A stretch of DNA of 63,961 bases, filler included, from Stramenopiles sp. TOSAG23-3 (GCA_900128585.1; 13 parts of 13 records of this genome joined end to end with filler, not necessarily neighbours in it), one strand, 5' to 3'. Counted from the first letter of the whole stretch, positions 49,691 to 61,198 are shown. A program made the numbers and translations. The notes: generated by a model from the letters alone, not told the origin.

Positions 49691-50239
49691 TCTTAAAAGT
49701 AAGAGAGTGTAGATTTTAAAATGCACTCAGTAATCCCCGTAAGTGAAGGAAACACAGTTCTTCTGAATCGTCCTAACATGGAGGTACGCGTGGTCTCCTT
49801 TTTCAAAGCTCCTGCGCGGCTTCTGAACTTTCCGGTTCGGGTTCATCGGACATGGCATCTGTAGATGCAGGTGTCCAAGATGGAAATATCAAATTAAGGA
49901 AATATGTTAAAAATATTATTCATCATGGTTATTTCAATGTTCATTATATATAGCATAATAACAGCATTTAAATAATATCTATTTTTTCGTGATTTTTTGC
50001 TCACCCTTATTTATTTTTACCCGATTCTTCTTCATCATCGTCATTGATCATTATGATAATAAATACGATCTTTTTAGTACGAAAAATAAGAACAACAGGC
50101 AAATAACAACATCAAACAAATAATAAAAAAAAAAAAGGTGGGTGGATGCTGCTATTTTCTGAGTAGAGTAGCGATTAATTATCTTACATTCTTTTTTATG
50201 ACGAGACATTTCATCCTAATTTTTATCCCGCTCCTTATA

Positions 50240-50781
50240 TCAATCGAGTGACATTTCCAGATTATTCACGCGAAGACTTTTACCGAATTCGACTGGGTCT
50301 TTGTACGGCTCCTTAGCATCTAAAGTGGAAGAAGCGACAGATTTTGTATCACTGTCACCAAAATTTACAAACTCTGGAAATTCCCCTTTCTGCCGTTCGT
50401 ACGACAATCTTGTGGCGGCAACAACGGCAGCTGCATTGGCCGACAGCGCATGTTCCCGCTCAATCTCGATTTCACCTTCCAACTGTGCGCACCTTAATGC
50501 GCTGTCATTTAGCTGCACTCGCAAGACGGCCAGCTTTCGCTGCAATAGTACAATACTTTCTTTTTGCATGCGGTTTTCTTCTACTTGATGGACTTTCTGA
50601 AGTTTCACTTTCTCAAGCTCCTCCGTAAGTTCTTGGTTTTTTTCTTCTTCAACATGTTTCTTTCTCAACAGCGAATTTTCTCTCTTTGCGGTTTGAAGTT
50701 GACGTTCAAGAACGACTAGCTGGCGTTTCAAATCTGTGTTCTCTGTCTCACGCTGGCGATAAACTGACTGGTTTTCCTTGT
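50240..50781 (-). CDS. Coiled-coil protein C-terminus; 5'-partial
   Basis: Open from the contig end; heptad-rich E/L/K/Q sequence. Confidence 0.65.
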
Positions 50782-50929
50782 NNNNNNNNNNNNNNNNNNN
50801 NNNNNNNNNNNNNNNNNNNNNNNNNTTAATTAATTAANNNNNNNNNNNNNNNNNNNNNNNNNNNNNNNNNNNNNNNNNNNNTTTATATAATTACTTATTT
50901 AAGAGAGGTTGTAAACAAAATATCCCTGC

Positions 50930-53794
50930 TCAGCTCGCAGACACTAATCTTTGAATTTTGCCCTGGGCGCCGTCCAACTGAATCAAGTCCCCGGTGCGAA
51001 TATCCCTTGTGGCTCCTTTAACATTCACTACGCACGGCAAACCGTATTCTCGTGCAACCACGGCACCGTGTGAAAGCAATCCGCCAATCTCTGTTACGAG
51101 CCCAGCCGCCAGCGAGAAATACGGAGTCCACCCTACGTCTGTAAATGGACACACCAGAATCTCGCCGACCTGCAAGGAGCCCGCCTCTTCCAACGTGCGT
51201 ACCACCCGGGCTTTTCCTATTGCCTTCCCTACGCTGACCGGCGTCCCTTTAAACTCGTCGGACCGCTCTCCCTCCCTTTCACTGCGTTCATTTGCTGCTA
51301 CCGGTTGGGGCACTCCTAGGTTTAGGTCGTCAAAAACGAAAGTCTTTTGAACTGTCAAGACGTGTCGTCGCTGAACGCCTTTTTGAACCATAGCCTGCGC
51401 GCCCCGTCCCTGGCGAACCGAGACGACGCTCCCCAACTCTTCGTGCGTGAAGAAGTACAAAAGGTCGGCGTCGGGTAAAATTCCGGAGGTCTCCAACAGC
51501 TTGCCAAGCCTGCGGTACGCCCTCTTGAAGCTGCTGTGAACGTGGATCTGCAGCGATTTTCCATACTCGCGGCGAGCGACCCCCGCGCGCGTCTGGCTCA
51601 CTGCGATCCTAAGGATGGGCCGCAAGTAGCAACTCACGTGTGCCCATTTCGTATTCAACAAGTGCGTCAGCGTCGTTTTGCCCTTTGCATCGTGTTCTCT
51701 GCTTACTAGGTTGCTCCCCGAATGCTTCTTTGCCATGGACACCTTCCCCTGCAACAGTTTTACCAGAGAAGTAGGGTCTTCTTCCCAATCTCGGTTCCTC
51801 AGCTCTGCCTCCTTGATACATCGGTGCCCATGCCGCTGAATAAACTTCCGGTAAATTGTTTGCGGGCTCATGTCGTCGTCGTCGTCACCACAAAGCTCGT
51901 CGTCGCCGACGTCCCTGCTTTCCAAAAACTCCCGCGCCTCCTCCACCGTGCCCTGCACGAACGTGCTCCAGCGTGGATGATTCACCAGCGCGCCGGTCAA
52001 CTCGTTGAGCGAGCGAACGGCATCGGCACTTTCGACGTTGTTTCCCGCTGCGTCTGCCAAAACCGTCGAAAGTTCGGCCAGCTTCTCCGTGGTCCACATT
52101 TCGCCTTCGTCCTTGGCGATGAGTTTCATAATGAGAAGCATCCATCCCGCGCTGGAAGAGCTGGTGAGAATTCCGTCCGCCCATTGCTCGTGGTACTCTG
52201 GCATCGCATCGGCGATCCGAGCGTACAGGGATGCGCTGGTCTCGTTGTCCTCTTCCGACAAGAGCTCTCTAACGCGCACAGCCCGCTGCTCCAGAACAGT
52301 GATTCTCCACGGCGCCGTTGCCATCGTTTTTGCGTAGTTCAACGAATTCAAGCATTTTCTAAACAATGATGCCTCCCCGTGAACGTTTCGCAGCGTTTCC
52401 AAGGTCTCCAATTCGTTCTTCCGCCCCAGCAGGCTCATTTCAGCGTTCGCTTTGGCGTGATCCCCGAGCGGTAAGTTCATGGCCACTGCCAGAACGTTGG
52501 TCATGTTGATGAAAAAATGCCCGTAAAACCACGGGGCCCGGGGGTTCTCGTCCAAGTTGCAGCTGTCTAGAACACCAAAATCGACGTGGAGCCGCTGCAT
52601 CCCGTACTCTATTCCTTTTCCAAACGTCGAGATTGTCAACGGCGTGCCGGGGCCTGGAAACATTTCTTGGGCGTTGCACGTGGTTACCCAGTCCGTGGCC
52701 TTGACCTGATCGTTGTCGAATTCGTTCACCGAGGGCTCGTCGCCTACGCCGCTTTCCGCGTGTTTGCCCAAGGTCGTGATTGGCCTCGCCTGCAGCAAGT
52801 AGAATTTTCCACCTTTCCACGCCCACTCTATGTCTTGCGGGCTGCCGTAATGGTTTGCTACGGTCGTGCAAAGGGTCGAGGCGAGCAATGCGACTGCGTG
52901 CCTGGGAAGCGAAGGGCGGCTTTGCTCTGGAACGGGCACGGCCACGACCCTGCTGAAGGCGTCGTCCTTGCTGTAGCCATCCCGGTGCCCGCCCTTGTCC
53001 AGAACGACTTTTCTCAGCTTTCTGTTGATCGTTTCGGACAGGATCTTACCGCTTTCAGGGTCGATGATCCAGGTGTCAGGGGAGACCATGTCTGCCACGA
53101 CGCTCTCCCCCAGCCCATAGTTAGCTGTCACAACGTACTGGTCCGGTGCCTGCGTCAGAGGATTTGCCGTAAATGCGACCCCAGCAGCATCCGCGTCAAC
53201 CATGAGCTGCACTACCACGCAGCACGAGACTTTGTCCATGATGTCAGCAGACGTCAGGCCTCCCGCAGCGTTCGCATAACTAGCAACCCGTTCAGAAAAC
53301 AGCGACGCCCAGCACGCCTTCACAGCAACCAATAGGGCCGTCTCGCCCAGCACGCCCAAGCAAGTGTCCAGCTGCCCCGCGAACGAAGCGCTGGCGGAGT
53401 CCTCGGCCGTCGCGGACGACCGCACAGCCACCATAGGCGACCCAAGGCGTCGGTAAGACTTGAGCATTTGGTGTTTGCTTGGTTCTGCAATTTTGCTGTC
53501 CACGATCATTCTCCGGACGGCTGCAAAGTCCCCACCCGCGCGCGCGCGAACGTCGTGCTCCCGCAAGTGCGCCTCAAACGCGCGCCGCGTCACGCAGAAA
53601 AAAGGTGGCACCGGCAAGCCACTGTTAATGCACTCTCCCAAATTTGCCCCCTTCCCCCCCACAATGCCAGCATCATCCTTACCTACCATGTCAGACCACA
53701 GCACCGCCGGTTGCCCATTCTTTGCCTTGACGCGCTGCGGCGTTTTCCCCCGCCGAGTTTTTCTGTTTTTTCGCTGCCGAAGCGAAGACGCCAT
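50930..53794 (-). CDS. PEP-synthase-related small-molecule dikinase with rifampin phosphotransferase/PigC domain order
   Basis: ATP-grasp motifs GGKGANL, VAVRSSATAED...SFAGQ, GLGESVV, DIEWA, LQARPITT; a large central domain; and a C-terminal His-swivel domain TDVGWTP...GGLLSHGAVVAREYGLP. Confidence 0.92.
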   Translation of the reverse strand: MASSLRQRKNRKTRRGKTPQRVKAKNGQPAVLWSDMVGKDDAGIVGGKGANLGECINSGLPVPPFFCVTRRAFEAHLREHDVRARAGGDFAAVRRMIVDSKIAEPSKHQMLKSYRRLGSPMVAVRSSATAEDSASASFAGQLDTCLGVLGETALLVAVKACWASLFSERVASYANAAGGLTSADIMDKVSCCVVVQLMVDADAAGVAFTANPLTQAPDQYVVTANYGLGESVVADMVSPDTWIIDPESGKILSETINRKLRKVVLDKGGHRDGYSKDDAFSRVVAVPVPEQSRPSLPRHAVALLASTLCTTVANHYGSPQDIEWAWKGGKFYLLQARPITTLGKHAESGVGDEPSVNEFDNDQVKATDWVTTCNAQEMFPGPGTPLTISTFGKGIEYGMQRLHVDFGVLDSCNLDENPRAPWFYGHFFINMTNVLAVAMNLPLGDHAKANAEMSLLGRKNELETLETLRNVHGEASLFRKCLNSLNYAKTMATAPWRITVLEQRAVRVRELLSEEDNETSASLYARIADAMPEYHEQWADGILTSSSSAGWMLLIMKLIAKDEGEMWTTEKLAELSTVLADAAGNNVESADAVRSLNELTGALVNHPRWSTFVQGTVEEAREFLESRDVGDDELCGDDDDDMSPQTIYRKFIQRHGHRCIKEAELRNRDWEEDPTSLVKLLQGKVSMAKKHSGSNLVSREHDAKGKTTLTHLLNTKWAHVSCYLRPILRIAVSQTRAGVARREYGKSLQIHVHSSFKRAYRRLGKLLETSGILPDADLLYFFTHEELGSVVSVRQGRGAQAMVQKGVQRRHVLTVQKTFVFDDLNLGVPQPVAANERSEREGERSDEFKGTPVSVGKAIGKARVVRTLEEAGSLQVGEILVCPFTDVGWTPYFSLAAGLVTEIGGLLSHGAVVAREYGLPCVVNVKGATRDIRTGDLIQLDGAQGKIQRLVSAS

Positions 53795-54443
53795 CCCCTA
53801 TTGTGAAGCCCCACCAACAACGAACAGAAAGACAATCTACAACACGAATCGGTCGTGAAATAAATAAATCTATCCGTTTTGTTAAACTATCGCAATTACA
53901 TATGTATGTATGTGTGCATATAGGAGCAGTATAAAAAATGGAATAAGAAGAAGAAGAGGAGAGAGAAAATAGAAACCCCCGCATCTTCTTCTCTGATGCG
54001 GCGGCGGCGGCGGGGAGAAGAGAGAAGAGGAGGAAGAGGAGTACTACGTAGAAGATTTTATTATAAAATTAGAGAGGGAGGGTTGGACTGGTGGTGTGGT
54101 GGTGGTAAGTAAATATTTTATCTTTTTCTTTTTTTTTCATTTTATTATTATATCACTTCTTCTCTCTTCTCTTCTTACTTTTTTTTTGCTCTGCTGGTCC
54201 AAATAATAATAACACACACATTATTATATAATAAAAATGATTGTTGTATAATATGTATATGATTATTATTATAACAACTACTTTTGAACTCGTTTGTTTG
54301 TTTGTTTCTTTTTTTGTTATTTTTATTCTTTGTTTGCTTACTTCTTACTTTTATCCTGGCTGTTGTTGTTAACAAAAAGTAATTGAATTGTTTTTTCAAT
54401 TGATTTGCACCGTGCGAACTTCAACATCAAAGGGACCGCCTGT

Positions 54444-55403
54444 ATGAAGAGAAAAGTTCGCGCAGCGGGAGGTGGGGCGCAGGGCTCTGCGCTTTCGATA
54501 TGCGATCACCATGATGTCCTTGTTGTTGGGGACGGGGACTTTAGTTTTTCGTATGATCTTGCCATTGGAAGAATGTCCCGTGCAAGTCAGGCTCGGGAAC
54601 GTGGGGAAAGCAATACTTCAGATGGTAGAGGGAGCCTTGTTGCAACTTCATTTGATAGCAAACATAGCCTGGTCTCAAAATATGGGGAAGAGGTTTGCCA
54701 GAACATCGAAAACTTGTCTGCAGCAGCATGCGTTAGGCAAATCCTTCATGGCGTCGATGCCACCGATCTAAGGAATTCCCTAGCTCCGCGGCTGCGAAAC
54801 CAGGCAAAATTCGATAGAATCGTTTTCAACTTTCCGCTCGTGCCTTTGACGGACACCGTGGAGGATAGAAAAAATGCAATAGATATCGACGTGGTAGTGT
54901 GCAATCGTTACTTGCTATGGAAATTTATAAGGGAATCCTGGGAGTGGTTAAACGAAAGCGGGGTGGTTCTGATAACCTCAAAAACTTGCGCTCCGTACGA
55001 TTTGTGGCGCATACACAGCCTAGGGAACACAAGGGTACAGTTTGTAAGGGAAGAGCCGTTTGATGCCTCCTCTTTCCAACATTACAAACTACGAAAAGTA
55101 AATATTATTGAGCACCAACATAGCGCGCACAAAAGAGTCAACTTTACGGTCAGCCCAGCGGGAGCATCGACTTTTGCTTTTCAAAAAGGCCCTTGCCTTC
55201 TTACGTCTCTCCCTTCCCATTCGTCGTTTTTCTGTAACCTTTGCAGGGTGGACTGCAAACGGAAGGGTACGTTTGAAGCGCATTGTTTAGGGAAGAAGCA
55301 CCGGCGATTAAAGTGCGCAGAGCAAAACTGGAGAACTTTTTTAACACAATATTCCCAGAGAACAAAGAAAATAAACGGGTGTAGGAAGAATGGACCAAAC
55401 TGA
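54444..55403 (+). CDS. DUF2431/BMT5-like 25S rRNA (uridine-N3) methyltransferase domain with a C-terminal U1/matrin-type C2H2 zinc finger
   Basis: VLVVGDGDFSFS, VATSFDS, HGVDAT, FDRIVFNFP, PYDLWRI; zinc finger CNLC...FEAHCLGKKH. Confidence 0.85.
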   Translation: MKRKVRAAGGGAQGSALSICDHHDVLVVGDGDFSFSYDLAIGRMSRASQARERGESNTSDGRGSLVATSFDSKHSLVSKYGEEVCQNIENLSAAACVRQILHGVDATDLRNSLAPRLRNQAKFDRIVFNFPLVPLTDTVEDRKNAIDIDVVVCNRYLLWKFIRESWEWLNESGVVLITSKTCAPYDLWRIHSLGNTRVQFVREEPFDASSFQHYKLRKVNIIEHQHSAHKRVNFTVSPAGASTFAFQKGPCLLTSLPSHSSFFCNLCRVDCKRKGTFEAHCLGKKHRRLKCAEQNWRTFLTQYSQRTKKINGCRKNGPN

Positions 55404-56413
55404 AAACTGAAAACCAAATTGAATAAGAGCATTCTTTCAGACTCCAAATATCCCCTAGTAATTCTGAATTTAAGAGATGTGCAATATAAAAAAAAAAAAA
55501 ATTATACAGTTATAATACATTAGATTTACTATTATTTTTATTTATTCATAATAGAGCGAGAATTATTATTAGATATAAAGCTCAATGACGTCGCCGCTGA
55601 GGATGTTTTCAGATTTCGCTAAGCACCTCTATTGTATTTATATGCTATTTGCGATAATGCTGTATTTATTTAAATGTATCAATGTTATTTATATGCTATT
55701 TTATTACATATTATTACAGGAATTAACGTTTCCTATCAAACAATTATACTTGTTTACATAAGAATACATACTCTTCTAAGAGTCCAAAAAGAAAAATTAA
55801 ATAAAGGACGAATAATTTTATCTTTTTGATTGAGTGAAATAAACGAACAACAGTGAAACTGAACGAACCCAAACGCGGGGGCTTCTTTTAAATGTTCCAG
55901 CAGCAATTGCGTTTTATGTTCATTCTATTTGACAAAAACTAATCAGAAAGCGGGACTGAAAGTTGGGCTAGATGGCATCTTTATTACGCGGTCGTTGGCG
56001 ATGTCGATCATCAAGTGTAAGAAGATTATATTTTATTTATTGAAGTCAACAAAAGTTATTATTAAATTATAATAATTATTTTAAATAATTATTATTAATT
56101 AACAAAAAAAAACGTTCCTCCTCCTTTCCTCCTCGTATTTAGTAGGTAAATAGTAGGTACATGTACCTCCTCCTAAAACTAATAATAATAATAATTCAAA
56201 GCAACAAAAACAGAAACGACGAAGGAAGGAATGCATCTTCTTTTTTCTTCTTCTTCTTCTCCTGTCTCCTTCTCTGTCTCTGAAGAATTCTGAAACGGGT
56301 TTAATGGAAAAATTTATAATACTCGTCTGTTTTATTTCATACTTAGATTGATTATTTACTTTTTTAGAGAGAGAAAGACTTGGGTTGCGTGCGTGCATGC
56401 GTTTATCTGCGGT

Positions 56414-57391
56414 ATGAGTCGTCGTAAAATCCCTTCTCCAAAAAAGCCCCGGCCGCCGCCTGACACCACCATTGTCGCGGAAAGCGTGACTTTCAAAAAT
56501 GAGGTGCAAGCGAACAGCGATACGAAACGGGGTGTTGTGGTGCCGTTGGAGATAGCAAAAATATCAAAGCGCGGCTACGCTCCTTACAACCCTCGAAAAG
56601 TGAATCAGGATACGATCGTAACCGAGCGCGACGGACGGACAGGAGCGTTGTTAGTGGCAGTGTTTGATGGGCACGGTGAGATGGGAGACAAAGTGTCCCA
56701 GTTCTTCAAGTCGACGCTGCCTTCGGGGGTGTTTTTGGACCCAAATTTTTCCCGTGATCCCTTGGAGGTCATATCAAGGCAGCTGCAGACGATTGAAGGG
56801 ATTATAGTGTCGGACCCGAATGTCGACACGGAGTTTAGTGGTACCACTGCGGTGGTGTGCGTCATATTGGACGGGAAGGTGTACAGTGCAGGGGTTGGCA
56901 ATTCTCGGGCTGTGTTGGCAGAGCAAAAGCCTTCGGGAAAAGTCTTCGCGGTGCCGCTGACGGTGGACCATTTGCCCAGCCTACCGAAAGAAAAGGAGCG
57001 AATTAGATCAAAGGGAGGGCGCGTTTTTGCGGTGAAATACGACGATGGCCCTGACGGGCCTCCACGGGTGTGGCTGGGCCACATGGACATTCCAGGGCTG
57101 GCCCTGTCCCGGTCCTTAGGAGATAGCATTGCGCACACGGTCGGGGTGATTTGCCAGCCAGACTGTTCGACCCATACGCTGACCAAGGCGGCCCAGTACT
57201 TGGTAGTGGCATCGGACGGTCTGTGGGAGGTGATGGGGAACCAAGAGGTGGTCGACATTGGGATGTCCCTGAACAACTCAACAAAGTTTCTGAACGCTTT
57301 GATTGCGGAAAGTTACGTTCGATGGATCGACCAGGAGCAAGTCGTTGACGACACTTCGGTGGTGATAGTCCGGTTTGCTGTCCAAGAGTAG
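56414..57391 (+). CDS. PP2C/PPM-family protein phosphatase
   Basis: NQD, VFDGHG, SGTTA, DHLP, GLALSRSLGD, ASDGLWE, DDTSVVIV. Confidence 0.95.
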   Translation: MSRRKIPSPKKPRPPPDTTIVAESVTFKNEVQANSDTKRGVVVPLEIAKISKRGYAPYNPRKVNQDTIVTERDGRTGALLVAVFDGHGEMGDKVSQFFKSTLPSGVFLDPNFSRDPLEVISRQLQTIEGIIVSDPNVDTEFSGTTAVVCVILDGKVYSAGVGNSRAVLAEQKPSGKVFAVPLTVDHLPSLPKEKERIRSKGGRVFAVKYDDGPDGPPRVWLGHMDIPGLALSRSLGDSIAHTVGVICQPDCSTHTLTKAAQYLVVASDGLWEVMGNQEVVDIGMSLNNSTKFLNALIAESYVRWIDQEQVVDDTSVVIVRFAVQE

Positions 57392-57617
57392 AGCGGTTGT
57401 GATGCTGATGGTGCACTTAAAAGTATATTTTGGAGGACAACAACAAATCAAACTGCGCTTAATAAAATATAACATACATCATGCTGTTACCAGATTAAAT
57501 AGTCTCGTTAGTTGCGTTAAAAGTACATTAGTAAGAGAGGTGTGTGCCGTGAAGCCGGTTGTTGGTACCGGCTGACCTTGCTTTTTGACGACGTGCTGCG
57601 GGCGGTGCAGGGCGCCC

Positions 57618-58026
57618 TTACTCCTTCGCCTCTTCCTTCTTTGACAAGACTAAATTCGCAAGTTCGTACTTCAAGGCCTCGGTCTTCACACGCTCGTGGC
57701 CCAAGGTTGAATTGATCTTGTCGGCGTCTAATTGTGCAACGGCTAGCATCTCCAACAATAACTTATTCTTAAATTCCACCATGTGCCTGATCTCGAGCTC
57801 TTTCAGCTTTTCCTTTTCTAGCACTTCTATGTGTTCTCTCAAATGGTCGACTTCGAGCTGCAGTTTGCTAATGTTTTTCTCATCGTCCTGCGCACTCTTG
57901 CTCTGTGACTTCCACGCGGCTCCCCCCTCGACCTCAAAATCAAACTTTTCCGAGCCCAGATTCAAATCTACCGGAAGCAGTGGCCGGCGAGCCGTCCGGT
58001 CCGTTTTTTGGCTGTTTCCTAAAAGA
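57618..58026 (-). CDS. Chibby-like basal-body coiled-coil protein; 5'-partial
   Basis: LNLGSEKFDFEV...W followed by a coiled coil ending FKNKLLLEMLA, resembling the Chibby L....L.F..G.W and LLxxML motifs. Confidence 0.5.
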
Positions 58027-58126
58027 NNNNNNNNNNNNNNNNNNNNNNNNNNNNNNNNNNNNNNNNNNNNTTAATTAATTAANNNNNNNNNNNNNNNNNN
58101 NNNNNNNNNNNNNNNNNNNNNNNNNN

Positions 58127-58748
58127 GGACCCGGAAACTGGTGACGTCGAGACCGAGCCAAATGCGGCGGGGGCCTTGGCGGTTAAGATGCCACTGCCGC
58201 CTGGCTGCATGACCACATTGTACAATAACGCAGACCGGTACGTGGAGAGCTACTTCACGGCCTTTGGGGAAGATTATTACGAGACTGGAGATGCGGGCCA
58301 TTTGGACAGAGATGGCTACGTCCATGTAATGGCGCGCACAGACGATGTCATTAACGTGGCTGGGCACCGTTTGTCCACAGGTGCATTGGAGGAGGCCGTC
58401 TCAAGTCACCCCGATGTCGTCGAATGTGCAGTAATTGGGGTCCAAGACGCTTTGAAAGGCAACATACCTGTAGGCCTTTACGTCTTGAGCACAGAAAACG
58501 AGCGAGACGAGGATGAAGTGTCGAAAGAAATCATTGCCCTGGTAAGAGAGCGAATTGGTGCCGTTGCAGCGTTCAAGAGCTGCGCCATTGTGCCAGCTTT
58601 GCCCAAGACCCGCTCGGGAAAGATCCTGCGAAATGTTATGAGAAAGATTGCTGATAACTTGCCGTACACCTTGCCCGGGACTATCGAAGATCCTGCTGTA
58701 GTCGAATTTGCCAAGGACGCTTTGAAAAGACTAGGATTTGCAAAATAA
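58127..58748 (+). CDS. ACSS3: Propionate/acetate-CoA ligase (ACSS3/PrpE-like) C-terminal part; 5'-partial
   Basis: PLPPG, YYETGDAG, MARTDDVINVAGHRLSTG, LPKTRSGKILR, TIEDP. Confidence 0.88.
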
Positions 58749-58840
58749 ATAAACATGGGGGGCGACCAAAGTTTTTGATTGTGATAGTCGTCTACTGGGG
58801 TACGGGTATCATACCTGTATCCCCTACGAAAAGTATTAAT

Positions 58841-58863
58841 AAAACAAGAAAATTGGCTGTTAT
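58841..58863 (-). repeat. Solo end motif of the dispersed repeat family, with a degenerate second copy at about 58878-58899
   Basis: aaaacaagaaaattggctgttat is identical to the motif at 28937. Confidence 0.8.
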
Positions 58864-58908
58864 ATTTTACTTTTTTTAAAAACAAAAAATTGACTGTCAT
58901 CGTTTGGT

Positions 58909-59214
58909 TCATAATTCTTCAGAAGAAACCACGCCATCGTGGCTCCCCGCTTTCCGCTTACCCCAGCACACTTCTTTGCTCCAACCAAGGCCAAATATTT
59001 GATCGCATTCAAACGACAGTATCGCACAATCTTCGCCTGTGCCTGCGGGGACAGAAATTGGTATGGTAGAGGACTCGCCTGCGTTTATCGCCATGACAAA
59101 GCCCGCGGCTTCTCTGTCTCCAAACTCTTCGTCGAGGGATACGCCACAGTTTGTCAAGCGTATGCTGAGGGGGTTCACAAAAAGAATGTTGAGCTGTTTC
59201 GCTCCAGCGGAAAT
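58909..59214 (-). CDS. C-terminal Ig-like domain resembling that of animal-type transglutaminases; 5'-partial
   Basis: ILFVNPLSIRLTNCGVSLD...INAGESSTIPISVP..TG....LSFECDQI matches the FTNPL...LTNC / I.PGE / F.xDQL pattern of Transglut_C. Confidence 0.55.
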   Translation of the reverse strand: MSAGAKQLNILFVNPLSIRLTNCGVSLDEEFGDREAAGFVMAINAGESSTIPISVPAGTGEDCAILSFECDQIFGLGWSKEVCWGKRKAGSHDGVVSSEEL

Positions 59215-59314
59215 NNNNNNNNNNNNNNNNNNNNNNNNNNNNNNNNNNNNNNNNNNNNTTAATTAATTAANNNNNNNNNNNNNNNNNNNNNNNNNNNNNN
59301 NNNNNNNNNNNNNN

Positions 59315-60401
59315 CTATTCAAAATTGATAGGCGAGTACGCCTGATCCTCTTGCTGACAAGTAGACAGGTCTGGCTTGGTAAACTTTTCGTCAAAAAATG
59401 GTCTCCATTGCTTTTTATTTTGCAAGTCGAACAACATCAAATGGGGCTGTTCATGATCTTGGATGTTTGCCCACAAATTATCCTCATTGATCAGCATGCC
59501 AATGCTCAGCAACGGCATGGACGAGTCCGATGCGCTGTAGGATTTTCCCGAGGATGCATCGTAAAGCATGATGTCGTCGAAGTCCTCCCCCCCCGCTTTT
59601 ATGGCGCCAGTTTTTCGGCGCATAACATAAACGGTTTCGCCTTCTGGTATAGCATTTCCAAGGACCAGAAAGTGCTCAAACGCCGAGTTGGAACGGTCTA
59701 GATAGAGCATGTAATTGAGCAACAGCAACGCGTGTTCTTCCCAGTCACCAGCTCGCAATTCGAGAAATTCTTTAGAGGTACACCACACTTCTGTTTCTCC
59801 CTGAAATGCTTGCCAATCGTCAATAAAAGGGATCAGACTGACGTACCTAACTACAGACTCGACGGTTTTCATCCGCCCCCGACCATCTAACGCAGGCGGA
59901 GGATTTTGAATGTGAATAAATCTTGTGATCAGTAACGATTCTTGATGAATATTTTGAGCCATGCACTTTATATTTCGTCCTTGAAGCCTTTGTCTTTTCT
60001 TCAATCGTCTGACGAAGACGTCGACCCGGCGGGCAATGGCCACCTCTTCTCCAATCGTTGGGGGTGTTTCATCGTCCACAGGGTGTTGCAGGGCTGGCTG
60101 CGTCGTCATCATGATTCGCAACTTAGCATCGTCATCATCGGCGAACTGGGAGTTGTACGCAAAGTTGAAGATGGGCTTTTCAATGGGAACCAAGCCACTT
60201 ATCTGTGAGTTCAGGTATATAGTAGTGAAGGGGATGGAAAAAGATCCTAAAAACCGGGATTCTGTGCGCAGAGTCGGGTCACGGCGGCGGGCTGAACGAG
60301 TGCTTTGCATGCTCGTGTGCATCTCTACCTTGTCGAACAACGCGATATGCACTTCGTCTTGTATTGTGACCAAGTTTCTAGGGGAAAGACTGGTCCCTTC
60401 A
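59315..60401 (-). CDS. CC2D2A: CC2D2A/MKS6 ciliary transition-zone protein fragment (C2 domain end plus transglutaminase-like domain)
   Basis: HIALFD...FLGSFSIPFTTIY, RYVSLIPF, VWCTS..FL...AGDWEEHALLL.NY, LGNAIPEG.TVYV, NLWANIQ, WRPFF. Confidence 0.88.
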
Positions 60402-61198
60402 NNNNNNNNNNNNNNNNNNNNNNNNNNNNNNNNNNNNNNNNNNNNTTAATTAATTAANNNNNNNNNNNNNNNNNNNNNNNNNNNNNNNNNNNNNNNNNNN
60501 NCAATATTGCTAAACATTATACTCTTATGTCAGCAAGTTCTAAAGTTCTATAAGTTCTAACAGCAACAAAAGCAACAATCAATATCATCATGAAATCTAC
60601 ATCGGTTCTACTTTGCGTTTTCCTGTGGAGCGCCCTGGGAGAATGACGAGATGGACGAAGACTGGGATCCACCAGTCCGGCGCCTACGTCTGGATATTAT
60701 TCGTTAAAGTGAAAGTTTTTAGAATATTTGAGTGGTGTGTTGATTTGAGTATGGCGTATAGGGAGATAAAGTGATGTAGTAACGTAGAAAACAAAGTATT
60801 TGGAATCAAATTGGCTGTCACGAAAAAAGTGCATATCAACTTCCTAGAAAAAAGTTATTATCGCGGTCGGTTTTCACGAAAAAAGTGCATTTGAATTTTA
60901 GGATCGTCATATCAACAAGGGAAATAGCATTAAAATAAAACCGCACCAAAGTCAATGGGGGGCTCGCTCCATTCATCTCAAAGTTGGGCTTTCAAGACAA
61001 CGTAATGCTACGTCTATGATAGATAATTTTCTTAACTTGAGACAATTCGACTATCACTACGTTTTTAAAAGTCAACAGTAAAGTTGTGAATTCTTTTCTT
61101 CCAGTCAACGCAAATCTTGAATCTGGAAACAGAAAAAAGTATAACATTAATAAAAGAAACAACTATTAACTCGCCTTTTCTTTACAGAAAATCAAGTC

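Noticed and set aside
60589..60645. Signal-peptide-like mini-ORF MKSTSVLLCVFLWSALGE*
   Set aside because: Only 18 codons, with no convincing splice donor or continuation.
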